From Candidatus Melainabacteria bacterium 17Bon1m (GTDB lineage: Bacteria > Cyanobacteriota > Vampirovibrionia > Obscuribacterales > Obscuribacteraceae), in contig JAVLKG010000001.1 in the NCBI GenBank assembly GCA_032128875.1, positions 576,001 through 640,000 of the forward strand: a stretch of DNA of 64,000 bases, in the 5' to 3' direction. Positions 28,427 to 38,335 of the stretch are shown here, piece after piece (the first letter of the stretch is position 1; every line of letters begins with the position of its first letter). The notes beneath the pieces are model-generated. The model was given only the letters and a program-made list of their open reading frames with translations, was not told where the DNA came from and made no database searches. The translations under genes were made by a program, and so were the position numbers.

Positions 28427-29008
28427 GTGTCTAGCGAAACCGCCAACTCCGTCGGTCAGATTACGACGGCGAGTAAAGTTAAGCTCGTCGTTAGTGGGTC
28501 AGAACTAGAGAAGATTCACAGCCTGCCTGTGGATGAATACTTCGACTTGCTCGAAGAGGCTACTCCTGAGCAGCTTCAATTAATAATTCATTCGTTTGAG
28601 AAAGTGTCGCGCACCAAAAGTGGTGCCAGCTTGTTACAGAAAATCATTGCAGTTCCACAAGGGCGGCGTTCTCTATTTTCAATCTTAATGTGGTGGGAGT
28701 CGCGACGCCCTGTATACAACATCATTGTTGGTTTAGTCGGCTTGCCTTCTATCTTGCTGCTGTCGCTATTTGGGATGGGGCACGCCGCTGTTGTCGCGGC
28801 ATTTGTCTACGCCATCTGTGCCAACATCTGCTATTGCTTGGGGGCTCCCGCCGAAGTCGTGGCGCGCGCTTGCTACAAACAAAATGCAGAAACCTACGCT
28901 CCTGTATTGTTCACTCTCGGAACCATCTTCTCTGTTGTTTTAACCGTATTACTTGAACTTCTGGTCTTTGCCGCTCTGGTATTTGGAGCAGTCTCCGGAC
29001 GTTTCTAG
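28427..29008 (+). CDS. Hypothetical membrane protein
   Basis: Three C-terminal TM segments; WWESRRPVYN and ANICYCLG motifs. Confidence 0.75.
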   Translation: MSSETANSVGQITTASKVKLVVSGSELEKIHSLPVDEYFDLLEEATPEQLQLIIHSFEKVSRTKSGASLLQKIIAVPQGRRSLFSILMWWESRRPVYNIIVGLVGLPSILLLSLFGMGHAAVVAAFVYAICANICYCLGAPAEVVARACYKQNAETYAPVLFTLGTIFSVVLTVLLELLVFAALVFGAVSGRF

Positions 29009-29121
29009 CAACCTGCTGCCCCAGGAAAGCTCTGAAATTGGTCAAAAGCGCTGCCTGGCCGGCCTCAGTGTGGCATAAACTGAATGCTTGGATATAATGA
29101 AAGTTGTCTGGAGGCGGTCGA

Positions 29122-29737
29122 ATGAACGCAGCAGTCAATTTTTCGGTCAATCTTATCCTGGTACTTGTTCCCGGCTATTTACTGAGTTTTACGATGTTTA
29201 GAGACACTTCAATTGCTAAATTGCCCGAGCAGGGCAGCCTTCACAAGGTTGTACTTGCCGCTGGTTGATTCTGGGGGGTTGAGGCGGCGCTTCAACGAAT
29301 CGACGGAGTCAAGCACGCGACTTCCGGTTATACAGGCGGATCAACGAAAGATCCGACCTACAAAGATGTTTGCAGTGGACGGACCGGGCATGCTGAAGCA
29401 GTCCAGGTCTTGTTCGACGCGAAAGTCGTCTCTTTCAAGGACATTATCCGCTTTTACGTGAAGCAGTTCGGACCGAGCCGGCACCAGGGCGAGGAAACTT
29501 TACGTGAAGCAGTTCGGACCGAGCCGGCACCAGGGCGAGGAAACCAGCCAGTACCGAGCGGCGATATTTTACGAGAGTGAGGAGCAAAAGAAGGAAGCGG
29601 GCGAAGTGCTTGGGGAATTTGGCTTTGATAAGGCGGATACCGAGCGTTTGCTTGAGCCTGCAGCCACTTTCTTCGCTGCCGAGGTTTATCACCAGAAATA
29701 CTATGAGAAGTCCTCCATGGGGCTTTACAGACGCTAG
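29122..29737 (+). CDS. msrA: Selenocysteine-containing peptide-methionine (S)-S-oxide reductase, frameshifted by a 46-bp duplication
   Basis: GGAGG RBS; ...VVLAAG-TGA(29266-29268)-FWGVE...SGYTGG...PTYKDVCSGRTGHAEAVQV; C-terminus QYRAAIFY...FFAAEVYHQKYYEK in the shifted frame. Confidence 0.88.
29267..29301 (+). promoter_or_regulatory. Bacterial SECIS-like hairpin
   Basis: Upper stem GTTGAGGC-GGC-GCTTCAAC (29278-29296), lower stem GATTC/GAATC; loop starts with G, 17 nt after UGA. Confidence 0.75.
29453..29544 (+). repeat. Perfect 46-bp tandem duplication inside msrA
   Basis: TTTACGTGAAGCAGTTCGGACCGAGCCGGCACCAGGGCGAGGAAAC twice (29453-29498, 29499-29544). Confidence 0.97.
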
Positions 29738-29893
29738 AATTCGGAAATTTGGCAAAGGTTGAAACCTTCGTTAAGCGGGACGGATATGCTCGCCTGTTGA
29801 TGCATGATGGATAAATCTGCAAAAACTTGTCATTTGGATTAATTTGGTAACCGATTGAGTCTTGATACCTAACGAAGGCACTCAGGCTATCGT

Positions 29894-31267
29894 TTGAAAG
29901 TAGAACTCGAGAAAATAGAGAAGTATCCAGTTCTCACGCCAACGAGCATGGAGAGCACAGAGTCTGCAGGCTTGCTCTTTGTCGGTGGCCCTGTTTGTGT
30001 CTTACTTGCCTGGTTTCTTTTCTCTGCCATGGCTAAGTACTTGATCACGTGGCAGCTTCTCTCGATTTTCGTTGTTTTTGCGCACCACGCGGCCACAAGC
30101 TCGTCCGGTATTTCTTCGTCGCTTGATCTCAAAGCCAAGGGGCTCGACATTAGAGACCCGCGCATGAATGCGATTATGCCTTGGGACTGGCTAACCAAGG
30201 TTGAAATGAGACAGCGCAATTTCAGCATAATTCCCAACTACGTCTATTTCAAATTCAAAGACAACTCTGATGTGATTATCCTCTGGGATGACGTAAAAGA
30301 GACAATGGATTCGACCACTCTGATTTCTTGCGTTCGTACTTGGGCGCCTCATGCGGAGATTGTTGGTGATGCCAAATTGACAAAGTCAGAGTCCATCGCC
30401 ACTTATACAGAGCTCTGGCTTAAGGATATGAGCCTTACGAAGACGGAGCGGCGTCTGCGTCAAGATCAGACTCTGCCCCCTCAAACTGTTCTAAGTAACA
30501 GTTATAAGGTCGAGCGAATCTTGAGCGGTGGAGGTCAGGGCACCGCTTATCTTGCCTCTGTTATGCCCGGTGCTGAAGTTCCCAACATGCCATCGCAGGT
30601 GGTGATAAAGGAATTTATCCTGCCGTCTAACGATCGTGGACTTCAGAAGGCTACAGATGGACTGGTGAAAGAAGTGTCTATTCTGAGACGTATTTCTCAC
30701 CCCAAAATAGTTCGTCTCTATGACTTCTTTATTGAAGATATGCGCGGTTATCTTGTTATCGAATTCATAGATGGTGAAACATTGCGTCAGCTCGTCGCAA
30801 GAACCGGACCATTAGACGACGCGCGTGTTGCGCAAATTGGCGTCTCACTTTGTGAGTCGCTTACTTATCTGCATGAGCTCTCACCTTCAATTATTCACGG
30901 CGATGTCACTCCAGATAATATTATGTTGGAAAAGGGTGGCGCCATAAAACTAATGGATTTTGATGCCTCTCAAGAACTTACGCGCAACAAGACCAACACT
31001 GTAGTTGGTAAGCACGCATACATGTCACCAGAGCAATTCAAGGGAATTCTCGGAAGCGAGAGCGATATCTATGCGCTCGGTTGTACGTTGAACTTTTTGC
31101 TCACGGGCGTCGACCCAGAGCCAATAAGCGAGTCTCGCCCAGTTAGTCTCAGAGAGACGATTAGCGAATCAATGAACGAGGCAGTTGCCAAAGCTACCAA
31201 ATTAAACGTTGCAGAAAGATATTCCACTCTTTCCGAATTGAGAGGCGATCTTGAGCGAATCAGATAG
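29894..31267 (+). CDS. Membrane-anchored Ser/Thr protein kinase
   Basis: Two N-terminal TMs; SGGGQGTAY, VVIKE, HGDVTPDNI, DFD, YMSPEQ. Confidence 0.9.
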   Translation: MKVELEKIEKYPVLTPTSMESTESAGLLFVGGPVCVLLAWFLFSAMAKYLITWQLLSIFVVFAHHAATSSSGISSSLDLKAKGLDIRDPRMNAIMPWDWLTKVEMRQRNFSIIPNYVYFKFKDNSDVIILWDDVKETMDSTTLISCVRTWAPHAEIVGDAKLTKSESIATYTELWLKDMSLTKTERRLRQDQTLPPQTVLSNSYKVERILSGGGQGTAYLASVMPGAEVPNMPSQVVIKEFILPSNDRGLQKATDGLVKEVSILRRISHPKIVRLYDFFIEDMRGYLVIEFIDGETLRQLVARTGPLDDARVAQIGVSLCESLTYLHELSPSIIHGDVTPDNIMLEKGGAIKLMDFDASQELTRNKTNTVVGKHAYMSPEQFKGILGSESDIYALGCTLNFLLTGVDPEPISESRPVSLRETISESMNEAVAKATKLNVAERYSTLSELRGDLERIR

Positions 31268-32741
31268 TTTGAAGAAACATACCGTGGCACCTCATGTTTC
31301 TCCTGAGCAAGGTGGAGCTTTTGAGATCGCTTACACGCCGGATTTCGAAACGGGCAATCGAATAGTTTTGAAATTCACCTGGCCAATTGTCTTCTTTGCC
31401 TTGGCATATGTTTACACTGCACTTATAGGACCGTTTTCATTAGTGGGATGTATTGGCGGTGGGCTTGCCTGCGTACTTGTCGCGTCTTATCTGGTGCTGC
31501 TTACTCTTCTGTTTAAGAAGTATTTCGTGCTTCGCCAATGGGGTATCACACTGCCGGCAATGTATTTAGCTGCTGCATCAGGGCGACTTAGGTGGAGTTG
31601 GACAGATTTAAATCAGGTTGTTTTTTCGAGAAGCTCAGAAGGATTTCGCAGCGCTGATCAACTGGTGCTCCGTTTTCAGCATTCTGGTTCTTCTACGCCT
31701 GTCAACATTCATATTAGGCTACGAGACATTGATCAACTGGACTTGAAAAAGTTCGTTTATGCCATAGTCACCAATGCACCACATGCGGTGTTTGAGCCGC
31801 CGCTCGATCAAGTTGGCATAGAACTTCCAACAGTGTCTGGGATTAAGCATCTCAACTTTCACAGTTTTACAACAATGTGGGATGAAGAGTTCTCCACCCG
31901 GTACTCGCCTACGTTATTTGTTCCGATGTCTCCTGGTGATGAACTTCGAAATGGTGCGATCAAGATTTCAGAGCTGGTAGCGTGTGGCGGCTCAGCTGCT
32001 ATTTATGCAGCAAAAAACTCTAGCGGAGAACAAATTATCGTAAAAGAGGCTGTGATTCCGAAGAATTCTCCCGATGCACTGAAGGCAAAGGCGATAGAAC
32101 TGTTCAATAGAGAAGCGTTGCTTTTGAGCAAGTTGGATCATCCTCACATTGCAAAGGTTTTCGATCACTTTGTTGAGAATGAGCACCACTATGAGATTCT
32201 CGAGTACATCGACGGTTTGGACCTCCGGCGTTTTGTTAAAGAACGAGGACCACAACCTGAAGATTTCGTTCTCAACTGGGCAGAACAGATTTGCGAAATT
32301 CTTGATTATTTGCACTCGCAGCAGCCTCCCGTTATTCACCGAGATTTGACGCCGGACAACCTTGTCTTGCGTGTAGATGGTCAGCTCGTGCTGATTGACT
32401 TTGGTGCGGCAAATGCTTTCGTTGGCACCGCGACTGGCACTATGGTCGGCAAACAGTCGTACATGCCGCCAGAACAATTGCGCGGGAAATCTGTTCCGCA
32501 AAGCGACATCTATTCGCTTGGAGGTACGTGCTATTTCCTTTTGACAGGCAAGGATCCTACGCCGCTTGAAGCGTCGCAAATAAGCGAAGCCTCCGGCTTG
32601 CCGATGAGTTTGAATCCACTGCTAGCGCGATGTACCGCTGGAGAAGTGGAAGCCAGATATGCGAGTTCTCGCGAACTTTTACAGGACATACGCCGCATTC
32701 GCCAGCAGCGAATTATTGCGGCTGCGGCAGCAGAGTCTTAG
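31251..32741 (+). CDS. Membrane-anchored Ser/Thr protein kinase
   Basis: Two TMs; IVKE, HRDLTPDN, DFG, YMPPEQ, SDIYSLG. Confidence 0.92.
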   Translation: MSESDSLKKHTVAPHVSPEQGGAFEIAYTPDFETGNRIVLKFTWPIVFFALAYVYTALIGPFSLVGCIGGGLACVLVASYLVLLTLLFKKYFVLRQWGITLPAMYLAAASGRLRWSWTDLNQVVFSRSSEGFRSADQLVLRFQHSGSSTPVNIHIRLRDIDQLDLKKFVYAIVTNAPHAVFEPPLDQVGIELPTVSGIKHLNFHSFTTMWDEEFSTRYSPTLFVPMSPGDELRNGAIKISELVACGGSAAIYAAKNSSGEQIIVKEAVIPKNSPDALKAKAIELFNREALLLSKLDHPHIAKVFDHFVENEHHYEILEYIDGLDLRRFVKERGPQPEDFVLNWAEQICEILDYLHSQQPPVIHRDLTPDNLVLRVDGQLVLIDFGAANAFVGTATGTMVGKQSYMPPEQLRGKSVPQSDIYSLGGTCYFLLTGKDPTPLEASQISEASGLPMSLNPLLARCTAGEVEARYASSRELLQDIRRIRQQRIIAAAAAES

Positions 32742-32812
32742 GTATTTAAGAAGTCTGAGGAGTCTAAGAAATCTAGGGAATCCAGATTCGGTCTATACGG
32801 TAGGAGTGAAGC

Positions 32813-34684
32813 ATGTACACATTTTCAGAAGCTGAATACAAATGGTGTCCTCAATGCGCTGGAAATATAAGACTCGAAGCAGCGTATTGCCGCTTTTGCC
32901 ATAAGCCGATCGAGAATCGACTGTTGAAGACTGTTTCTCTCCCCCCATTTGTCACTGTCCGAAGTATTCGTGAGTGGCTTCCGAATTTCGCCGAGTTGAA
33001 AACAAAGCTGCCGGTCGAGTTTCTCAACAGACTTGAAACCGCTGCCGCTGCAGCTCCCAAACAAATTGGTGAATCAATTGAAGATATGCGCAGAAAGCCG
33101 GGCGGTGAAAACATATGTCCACACGAACCGCCGGAAGCAAACGTGGTCGCAATTTTGACGGATCTATTTTTGGCATTATATGCCCACGGTGAATCGATAA
33201 ATCAGTACTGCGATTATCCGCAAATGAAAGTGTTAGAAATTACTCCACAGGAAATAGCTGCTGAACTCGAGCTTCGCAACGCAGAATACGAGAAGGGACA
33301 TCGATGCAGTTATTGCCGGGAATTTATTTTGGAAAACAACGAAGAGTGTCGATTCTGCGAGGGAGCCGATGGCAAAATTCCCGTGGCGGTTGAAAACACC
33401 TGGGAAAAACCTGTCAATCCTCACCTCTTGAAGGATGTTCTTGTCTATGAGGCTGCCTGGCGAAAGATTCATGATGAAGATGCCGTACCGACGGAAATAC
33501 TTGCGTCTAACTCCTGCAGCGAAAAGGAAATTGAGCAGGAGATTTTGCGACAGCGCAATGGAAGTAGCGAGTTGCCGATGACCCGCTTCACCAGGCGCAT
33601 GATTGATTTAGGTCTCGCGACGTATTTCAGTTATGAACAGCTCTCGATGATGGCACTTTCTGAATTAGGAAGCGCACTCGACAGCAAGAAAGTTGATCGT
33701 TCGGATGAAGCTCTGATTGTTTATGAGCATGCGCTTCGCAGAACAGAGGGTAACGACGAATTGATGAGTCAGCGTGCTTCGATACTAACGAATCTTTCGA
33801 CATTCTACTCTCAAAAAAAAGACGATTCCAAATCCAAGCTTTATAGATCAATGGCGCACGAATGCAGCAAATTTGGAATGAACGACGAAATGAAAGCGAT
33901 GATGGATAAATCGAACGAGAGTTTGGAAAATATGTTCAAAGGAGACAGTCTCTTTGACATGGATCCGGAAAAACGGCTGGCCGCGCTGGAGAAAGATGCC
34001 GGAGCCGGCTTTGGTGGTCTGGGCGATATGGCAGGAAAAATCGAAGCGCTTATTCCTGGTATGGGTGATTTCTTTGCCTCTCTAACTGAGGGCATACAGG
34101 GCACGGTCAACTTGTCGCGCCTTATGCTTCAGGCTCAGGTCGCTGAAAAGAACGGTAACTTGCAGGAAGCCGAAAGTAAATATAATCAGGCTTTGCCTCT
34201 AGCCGACCAAGACCGCATAACAGGAACGACTTCGAAAATAGCCATCATGAATTCGTTGGCCGAGATAAAGAAGAAGTCGGGTGACATGCCTGCTGCGGAA
34301 AAGTTGTTGAACGAGGCGATGGAATATTCGAAGGAATACGCCGAAGCACATCCATCTCTCGGAAAGACTGCCCTGCTTCAAACGCTGGCAAATCACGCTT
34401 CCTATCTGAGGGACGTAGGGAAGTACGAAGAGTCTGAGTTGGAATTCCAACAAGCTTTAAAGGTCCATGAGGAGGTTTCTAGCGCCTTCATTAAAGAGTA
34501 TGGGGGTGACCCGGCCGATTACGCTTCTCAGGAAGCAGAAATCAAAGAGAAATATCTTCTGCTTTTAAAAGCGCAGAAGCGCGACCAGGATGCGAACAGG
34601 GTGGAAGCTGAAGTCGCACAACTGCGAAAAACCGCGGAAGCCAGAGAGGCAGAGCGAAAAGAGCGTCGAGACGGTAAAAAATAA
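32813..34684 (+). CDS. Zinc-ribbon and TPR-containing protein
   Basis: CPQC..CRFC and CSYC..CRFC pairs; C-terminal TPR-like helices. Confidence 0.8.
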   Translation: MYTFSEAEYKWCPQCAGNIRLEAAYCRFCHKPIENRLLKTVSLPPFVTVRSIREWLPNFAELKTKLPVEFLNRLETAAAAAPKQIGESIEDMRRKPGGENICPHEPPEANVVAILTDLFLALYAHGESINQYCDYPQMKVLEITPQEIAAELELRNAEYEKGHRCSYCREFILENNEECRFCEGADGKIPVAVENTWEKPVNPHLLKDVLVYEAAWRKIHDEDAVPTEILASNSCSEKEIEQEILRQRNGSSELPMTRFTRRMIDLGLATYFSYEQLSMMALSELGSALDSKKVDRSDEALIVYEHALRRTEGNDELMSQRASILTNLSTFYSQKKDDSKSKLYRSMAHECSKFGMNDEMKAMMDKSNESLENMFKGDSLFDMDPEKRLAALEKDAGAGFGGLGDMAGKIEALIPGMGDFFASLTEGIQGTVNLSRLMLQAQVAEKNGNLQEAESKYNQALPLADQDRITGTTSKIAIMNSLAEIKKKSGDMPAAEKLLNEAMEYSKEYAEAHPSLGKTALLQTLANHASYLRDVGKYEESELEFQQALKVHEEVSSAFIKEYGGDPADYASQEAEIKEKYLLLLKAQKRDQDANRVEAEVAQLRKTAEAREAERKERRDGKK

Positions 34685-34827
34685 AGAAATTTTGTTGTTT
34701 GGACAACATTTCCATTTCGTTGGTTAAAACAAAAGTATGACCCGTGAATTTCACCAGCGGATTGGCGCTCGCACGCCTTTCTTGATGGCGGCTTTTGGTT
34801 GCGTTTAAGACGTATGAGGAAACAGAT

Positions 34828-36792
34828 ATGAGTAAAACGGTTGGTATTGATTTGGGCACGACAAACTCTGTTGTCGCCGTGATGGAGGGCGGCCAGCCTA
34901 CCGTTATCGCTAACGCGGAAGGCTCACGCACTACACCCTCGGTTGTAGCGTTCACTAAGACGGGCGAGAGATTGGTCGGGCAGCTCGCAAGGCGCCAGGC
35001 CGTCGTTAATCCGCAGAACACTATCTATTCCATTAAACGCTTCATTGGACGTCGATTCGACGAGGTAGAAGCGGAAAGAGCTATCGTCTCGTACAGGCTG
35101 AAGCCTGGCGCTGAAAACAGCAGCAAAGTCGTAGTCCAAGACAAGGAATACACGCCGGAAGAAATCTCCGCAATGGTGCTCCGCAAATTGAAGGAAGATG
35201 CTGAAAAATACCTTGGCGAAAAGGTCACTGGCGCGGTCATCACCGTACCGGCATATTTTAATGACTCGCAGCGCCAATCGACGAAAAACGCAGGAGCAAT
35301 CGCAGGTCTGGACGTTCTGAGAATCATCAACGAACCGACGGCCGCCGCTCTTGCATACGGCATCGACAAGAAGAATAACGAGACGGTTCTCGTTTTTGAC
35401 CTTGGTGGCGGAACATTTGACGTGTCGATTCTGGAAGTCGGCGACGGCGTTTTCGAAGTGAAATCGACATCGGGTGATACTCACCTTGGTGGCGACGACT
35501 TCGACCACGCGATTGTTGATTGGGCTGCCAGTGAGTTCCAAAAGCTTGAAGGTGTAGACCTACGTAAAGACAAACAAGCTCTCCAACGTTTGATTGAAGC
35601 TTCGGAAAAGGCAAAAATCGAGTTATCTTCCGTTTCGGAAACTACCATTTCCCTTCCGTTTGTCACCGCAAACGAAACTGGACCTAAGCACCTCGATATG
35701 CGAATCTCTAAGGCTAAGTTCAACGAGTTGACCCGTAGTTTGGTAGAACGTTGCCGTAAGCCAGTTGAGCAAGCGATTCAAGACGCTGGACTCAAGGCTT
35801 CCGATATTGACGAAGTCGTTTTGGTTGGTGGTTCTACCCGTATACCTGCGGTTCAAGAACTGGTGAAAACAATCACCGGTAAAGAACCAAATCAAGGCGT
35901 AAATCCGGACGAAGTAGTAGCAATTGGTGCAGCTATTCAATCCGGAGTACTCGCCGGCGAAGTCAAAGATGTTGTGCTTCTCGATGTAACCCCGCTTTCG
36001 CTGGGCATCGAAACCATGGGCGGAGTATTCACCAAGCTTGTCGAGCGCAACACCACAATCCCGACTCACAAGTCGCAAACATTCTCCACCGCTGACGATA
36101 ATCAGCCGGGAGTCGATGTTTACGTCTACCAGGGCGAGCGTCCGATGGCACGCGACAATAAAATGTTGGGCAACTTCCGTCTCGACGGAATCGCGCCAGC
36201 ACCACGTGGTTTGCCAAAGATCGAAGTGTCATTCGATATCGATGCCAATGGTATCGTGAGCGTCAAAGCGCGCGACGAAGCCACCAATAAAGAGCAGAAG
36301 ATCACCATCACCGCCAGCACTAATTTGAGCAAGGCTGACGTAGAACGGCTCATTAAGGAAGCTTCCGAGCACGCAGATGAAGATCGCGAACTCAGAGAAG
36401 CCGCCGACGTTCGAAACGAAGCAGACCAAATGTGCTACATGGTCGAGCGTCAGTTGAACGAACTTGGTGCTGCCGTCAATGAGCAAAACAAAGCGAAGGC
36501 AAAATTGCTCGTGGACGAACTGCGTAAGAAAGTTGAGGAGAAAGCCACCACCGCTGCCCTCAAATCTACGATGGATGAGTTGCGTGGAGCGCTTGTTATT
36601 CTGCAGCAAGATGCTGCCTCTGCTCAGGCTGCAGCCGCTCAATCTTCTGCTAACGCTGGAGGACAAAGCGCCGGGTTCGGTGGTTCGCAACACTTCGGAA
36701 ACGGAGGCTCAAACGGTAACTCTAACGGAAACGCTAAGGGAAGCTCACACAACGACGATGACATCGTAGATGTCGAAGTCAGCGCCGCATAG
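34828..36792 (+). CDS. dnaK: Chaperone DnaK (Hsp70)
   Basis: [37 protein letters not shown]. Confidence 0.98.
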   Translation: MSKTVGIDLGTTNSVVAVMEGGQPTVIANAEGSRTTPSVVAFTKTGERLVGQLARRQAVVNPQNTIYSIKRFIGRRFDEVEAERAIVSYRLKPGAENSSKVVVQDKEYTPEEISAMVLRKLKEDAEKYLGEKVTGAVITVPAYFNDSQRQSTKNAGAIAGLDVLRIINEPTAAALAYGIDKKNNETVLVFDLGGGTFDVSILEVGDGVFEVKSTSGDTHLGGDDFDHAIVDWAASEFQKLEGVDLRKDKQALQRLIEASEKAKIELSSVSETTISLPFVTANETGPKHLDMRISKAKFNELTRSLVERCRKPVEQAIQDAGLKASDIDEVVLVGGSTRIPAVQELVKTITGKEPNQGVNPDEVVAIGAAIQSGVLAGEVKDVVLLDVTPLSLGIETMGGVFTKLVERNTTIPTHKSQTFSTADDNQPGVDVYVYQGERPMARDNKMLGNFRLDGIAPAPRGLPKIEVSFDIDANGIVSVKARDEATNKEQKITITASTNLSKADVERLIKEASEHADEDRELREAADVRNEADQMCYMVERQLNELGAAVNEQNKAKAKLLVDELRKKVEEKATTAALKSTMDELRGALVILQQDAASAQAAAAQSSANAGGQSAGFGGSQHFGNGGSNGNSNGNAKGSSHNDDDIVDVEVSAA

Positions 36793-36819
36793 AAAGACCT
36801 GAATCTCCTTTGTGACGCA

Positions 36820-36854
36820 ACAAAAAACGCCTCTAGTCTCTAGGGGCGTTTTTC
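36820..36854. terminator. Bidirectional intrinsic terminator
   Basis: AAAAAACGCCTCTAG-TCT-CTAGGGGCGTTTTTC between convergent genes. Confidence 0.85.
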
Positions 36855-36871
36855 TTCATCCGCCGAACTCT

Positions 36872-37441
36872 TCAAACTCTTAACGACCCACGAAAACCCC
36901 TGACCGCATAGTATGACGATGCGCCGTTGTGATAGAGAAAGACAGTGTCATAGCGTCGATCGCAATAGAGGGCACCGCCGAGTTTTCTGATTGAAGCCGG
37001 TGTTTGCACCCAGCTTGAAGTCTTTAAATCAAACTTTCCAAGCTTTTGCAGTTCGCGATATTCATCTTCGGTCAGTATTTCTATACCCATCGCAGCAGCC
37101 ATGTCCATGGCGTTACCTGCAGGTTTGTGCTCTTTTCTAGAATCAAGCGCTTCTTTGTCAAAACATATGCTTCTGCGCTCTTTAGGTGTTTCAGCAGAGC
37201 AATCGTAAAAGATGACTTCGCCGGTCTTCTTATCGAGTCCAACTACATCGGGTTCGCCGCCGGTTCTTTCCATCTCGCTTAGCGACCAGAGTTTATCGGT
37301 TTTGCTTTCCAACCGGCTCTGCACCTTGTCCCATTCAATACCTTTGTGGCGTCCGGCATTTTTCTCAAAACGCGCTTTTAGCGTTTTGAACAATTCCTTT
37401 TGCTGTTCTGACGAAACTTTTTTACTGGTCGCTGTTTTCAT
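36872..37441 (-). CDS. DUF4256 domain protein
   Basis: LWSLSEMERTGGEPDVV, RRSICFD, KTSSW, DRRYDTVFLYHNGASSYYAVRGFRG. Confidence 0.88.
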   Translation of the reverse strand: MKTATSKKVSSEQQKELFKTLKARFEKNAGRHKGIEWDKVQSRLESKTDKLWSLSEMERTGGEPDVVGLDKKTGEVIFYDCSAETPKERRSICFDKEALDSRKEHKPAGNAMDMAAAMGIEILTEDEYRELQKLGKFDLKTSSWVQTPASIRKLGGALYCDRRYDTVFLYHNGASSYYAVRGFRGSLRV

Positions 37442-37529
37442 GTCGCATCCTAAGGAAACTATGTGGACTGCAAACTGCTCTGTCGTCCGGAACTAAAAGA
37501 ACTCTCGCTGAGCAGCGAAAATGATAACT

Positions 37530-38282
37530 TTACTTCCGAAGTTCTTCAAGTTTTTGCTTGGCTGAGGTCCACATTGTATGCAGATCAACGCCGGCAGCGA
37601 CCAAAGTAAATCCGGCATCTATGTAGCCTTTGGCTTGTTCGGGAAGTAGAGCAAAAATACCCGCCGCAACTTTGTGTTTTTTGCAAGCCGCCAGAACGGT
37701 CTTTATCGCATTCTGAACTTCAGGATCACCCACCTTTCCGAGTTTTCCAAAGCTTCCAGACAAATCGTATGGTCCTATGATGATGCCATCGACGCCATCT
37801 ACGGAGATAATTTGTTCTATGTTTTTCACCGCGTCTTGATCTTCTATTTGCACTACAACACAAGTCAGGTCATTGGCATTTTCGTGGTGCGTCGCGTTTA
37901 GTCCATATGTGTGGGCACGTCCTGCGCCAAAGCTACGTTCTCCGAACGGCGGATACTTAGCCGATTTCACCGCCCGCAAGGCATCCTCTTTGTTGCTGAC
38001 ATGAGGCACGATTATGCCATCGGCTCCAATGTCGAGCACTCGTTTGATCCATTCGTCGGCATTTGTTGGAACGCGCACAAGACCGGCGCAGTCAGGTTGT
38101 TTTGCTGACAATATAGCTTGAACCTGTTCAAGTGAAAGTGGCGAATGCTCAAGATCAATCCAAAGCCAGTCGTAACCCAGATTCGACAAGCACTCAGTCA
38201 CCGCAGGTGGTGACAACGAGACGATGGTTCCGATTTGCGCTTTTCCGGATTTGATTTTTTCTCTGAACTTCGCGAATTTCAC
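37530..38282 (-). CDS. HpcH/HpaI aldolase family protein
   Basis: WIDLEHSP, IKRVLDIGADGIIVP, QIED, IGPYDLSGS. Confidence 0.92.
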   Translation of the reverse strand: MKFAKFREKIKSGKAQIGTIVSLSPPAVTECLSNLGYDWLWIDLEHSPLSLEQVQAILSAKQPDCAGLVRVPTNADEWIKRVLDIGADGIIVPHVSNKEDALRAVKSAKYPPFGERSFGAGRAHTYGLNATHHENANDLTCVVVQIEDQDAVKNIEQIISVDGVDGIIIGPYDLSGSFGKLGKVGDPEVQNAIKTVLAACKKHKVAAGIFALLPEQAKGYIDAGFTLVAAGVDLHTMWTSAKQKLEELRK

Positions 38283-38335
38283 TGCTTGTGCTCCAGGTTA
38301 GCTTGGGGAGGTTTGAGGTTTTACATTCTTCATTG

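Noticed and set aside
23142-29268. Genome-wide UGA reassignment (Trp/Gly) as the explanation of the in-frame TGAs
   Set aside because: TGA terminates many clearly complete genes here (e.g. 923..2839 and the integrase), and the msrA TGA sits at the catalytic Cys position.
29453-29544. 46-bp repeat as a CRISPR array
   Set aside because: Two copies are directly adjacent with no spacer, lie inside msrA coding sequence, and no cas genes are present.
34924-36693. Long antisense ORFs over dnaK (and similar ones over RND and kinase genes)
   Set aside because: Shadow ORFs caused by codon bias of the well-supported sense genes.
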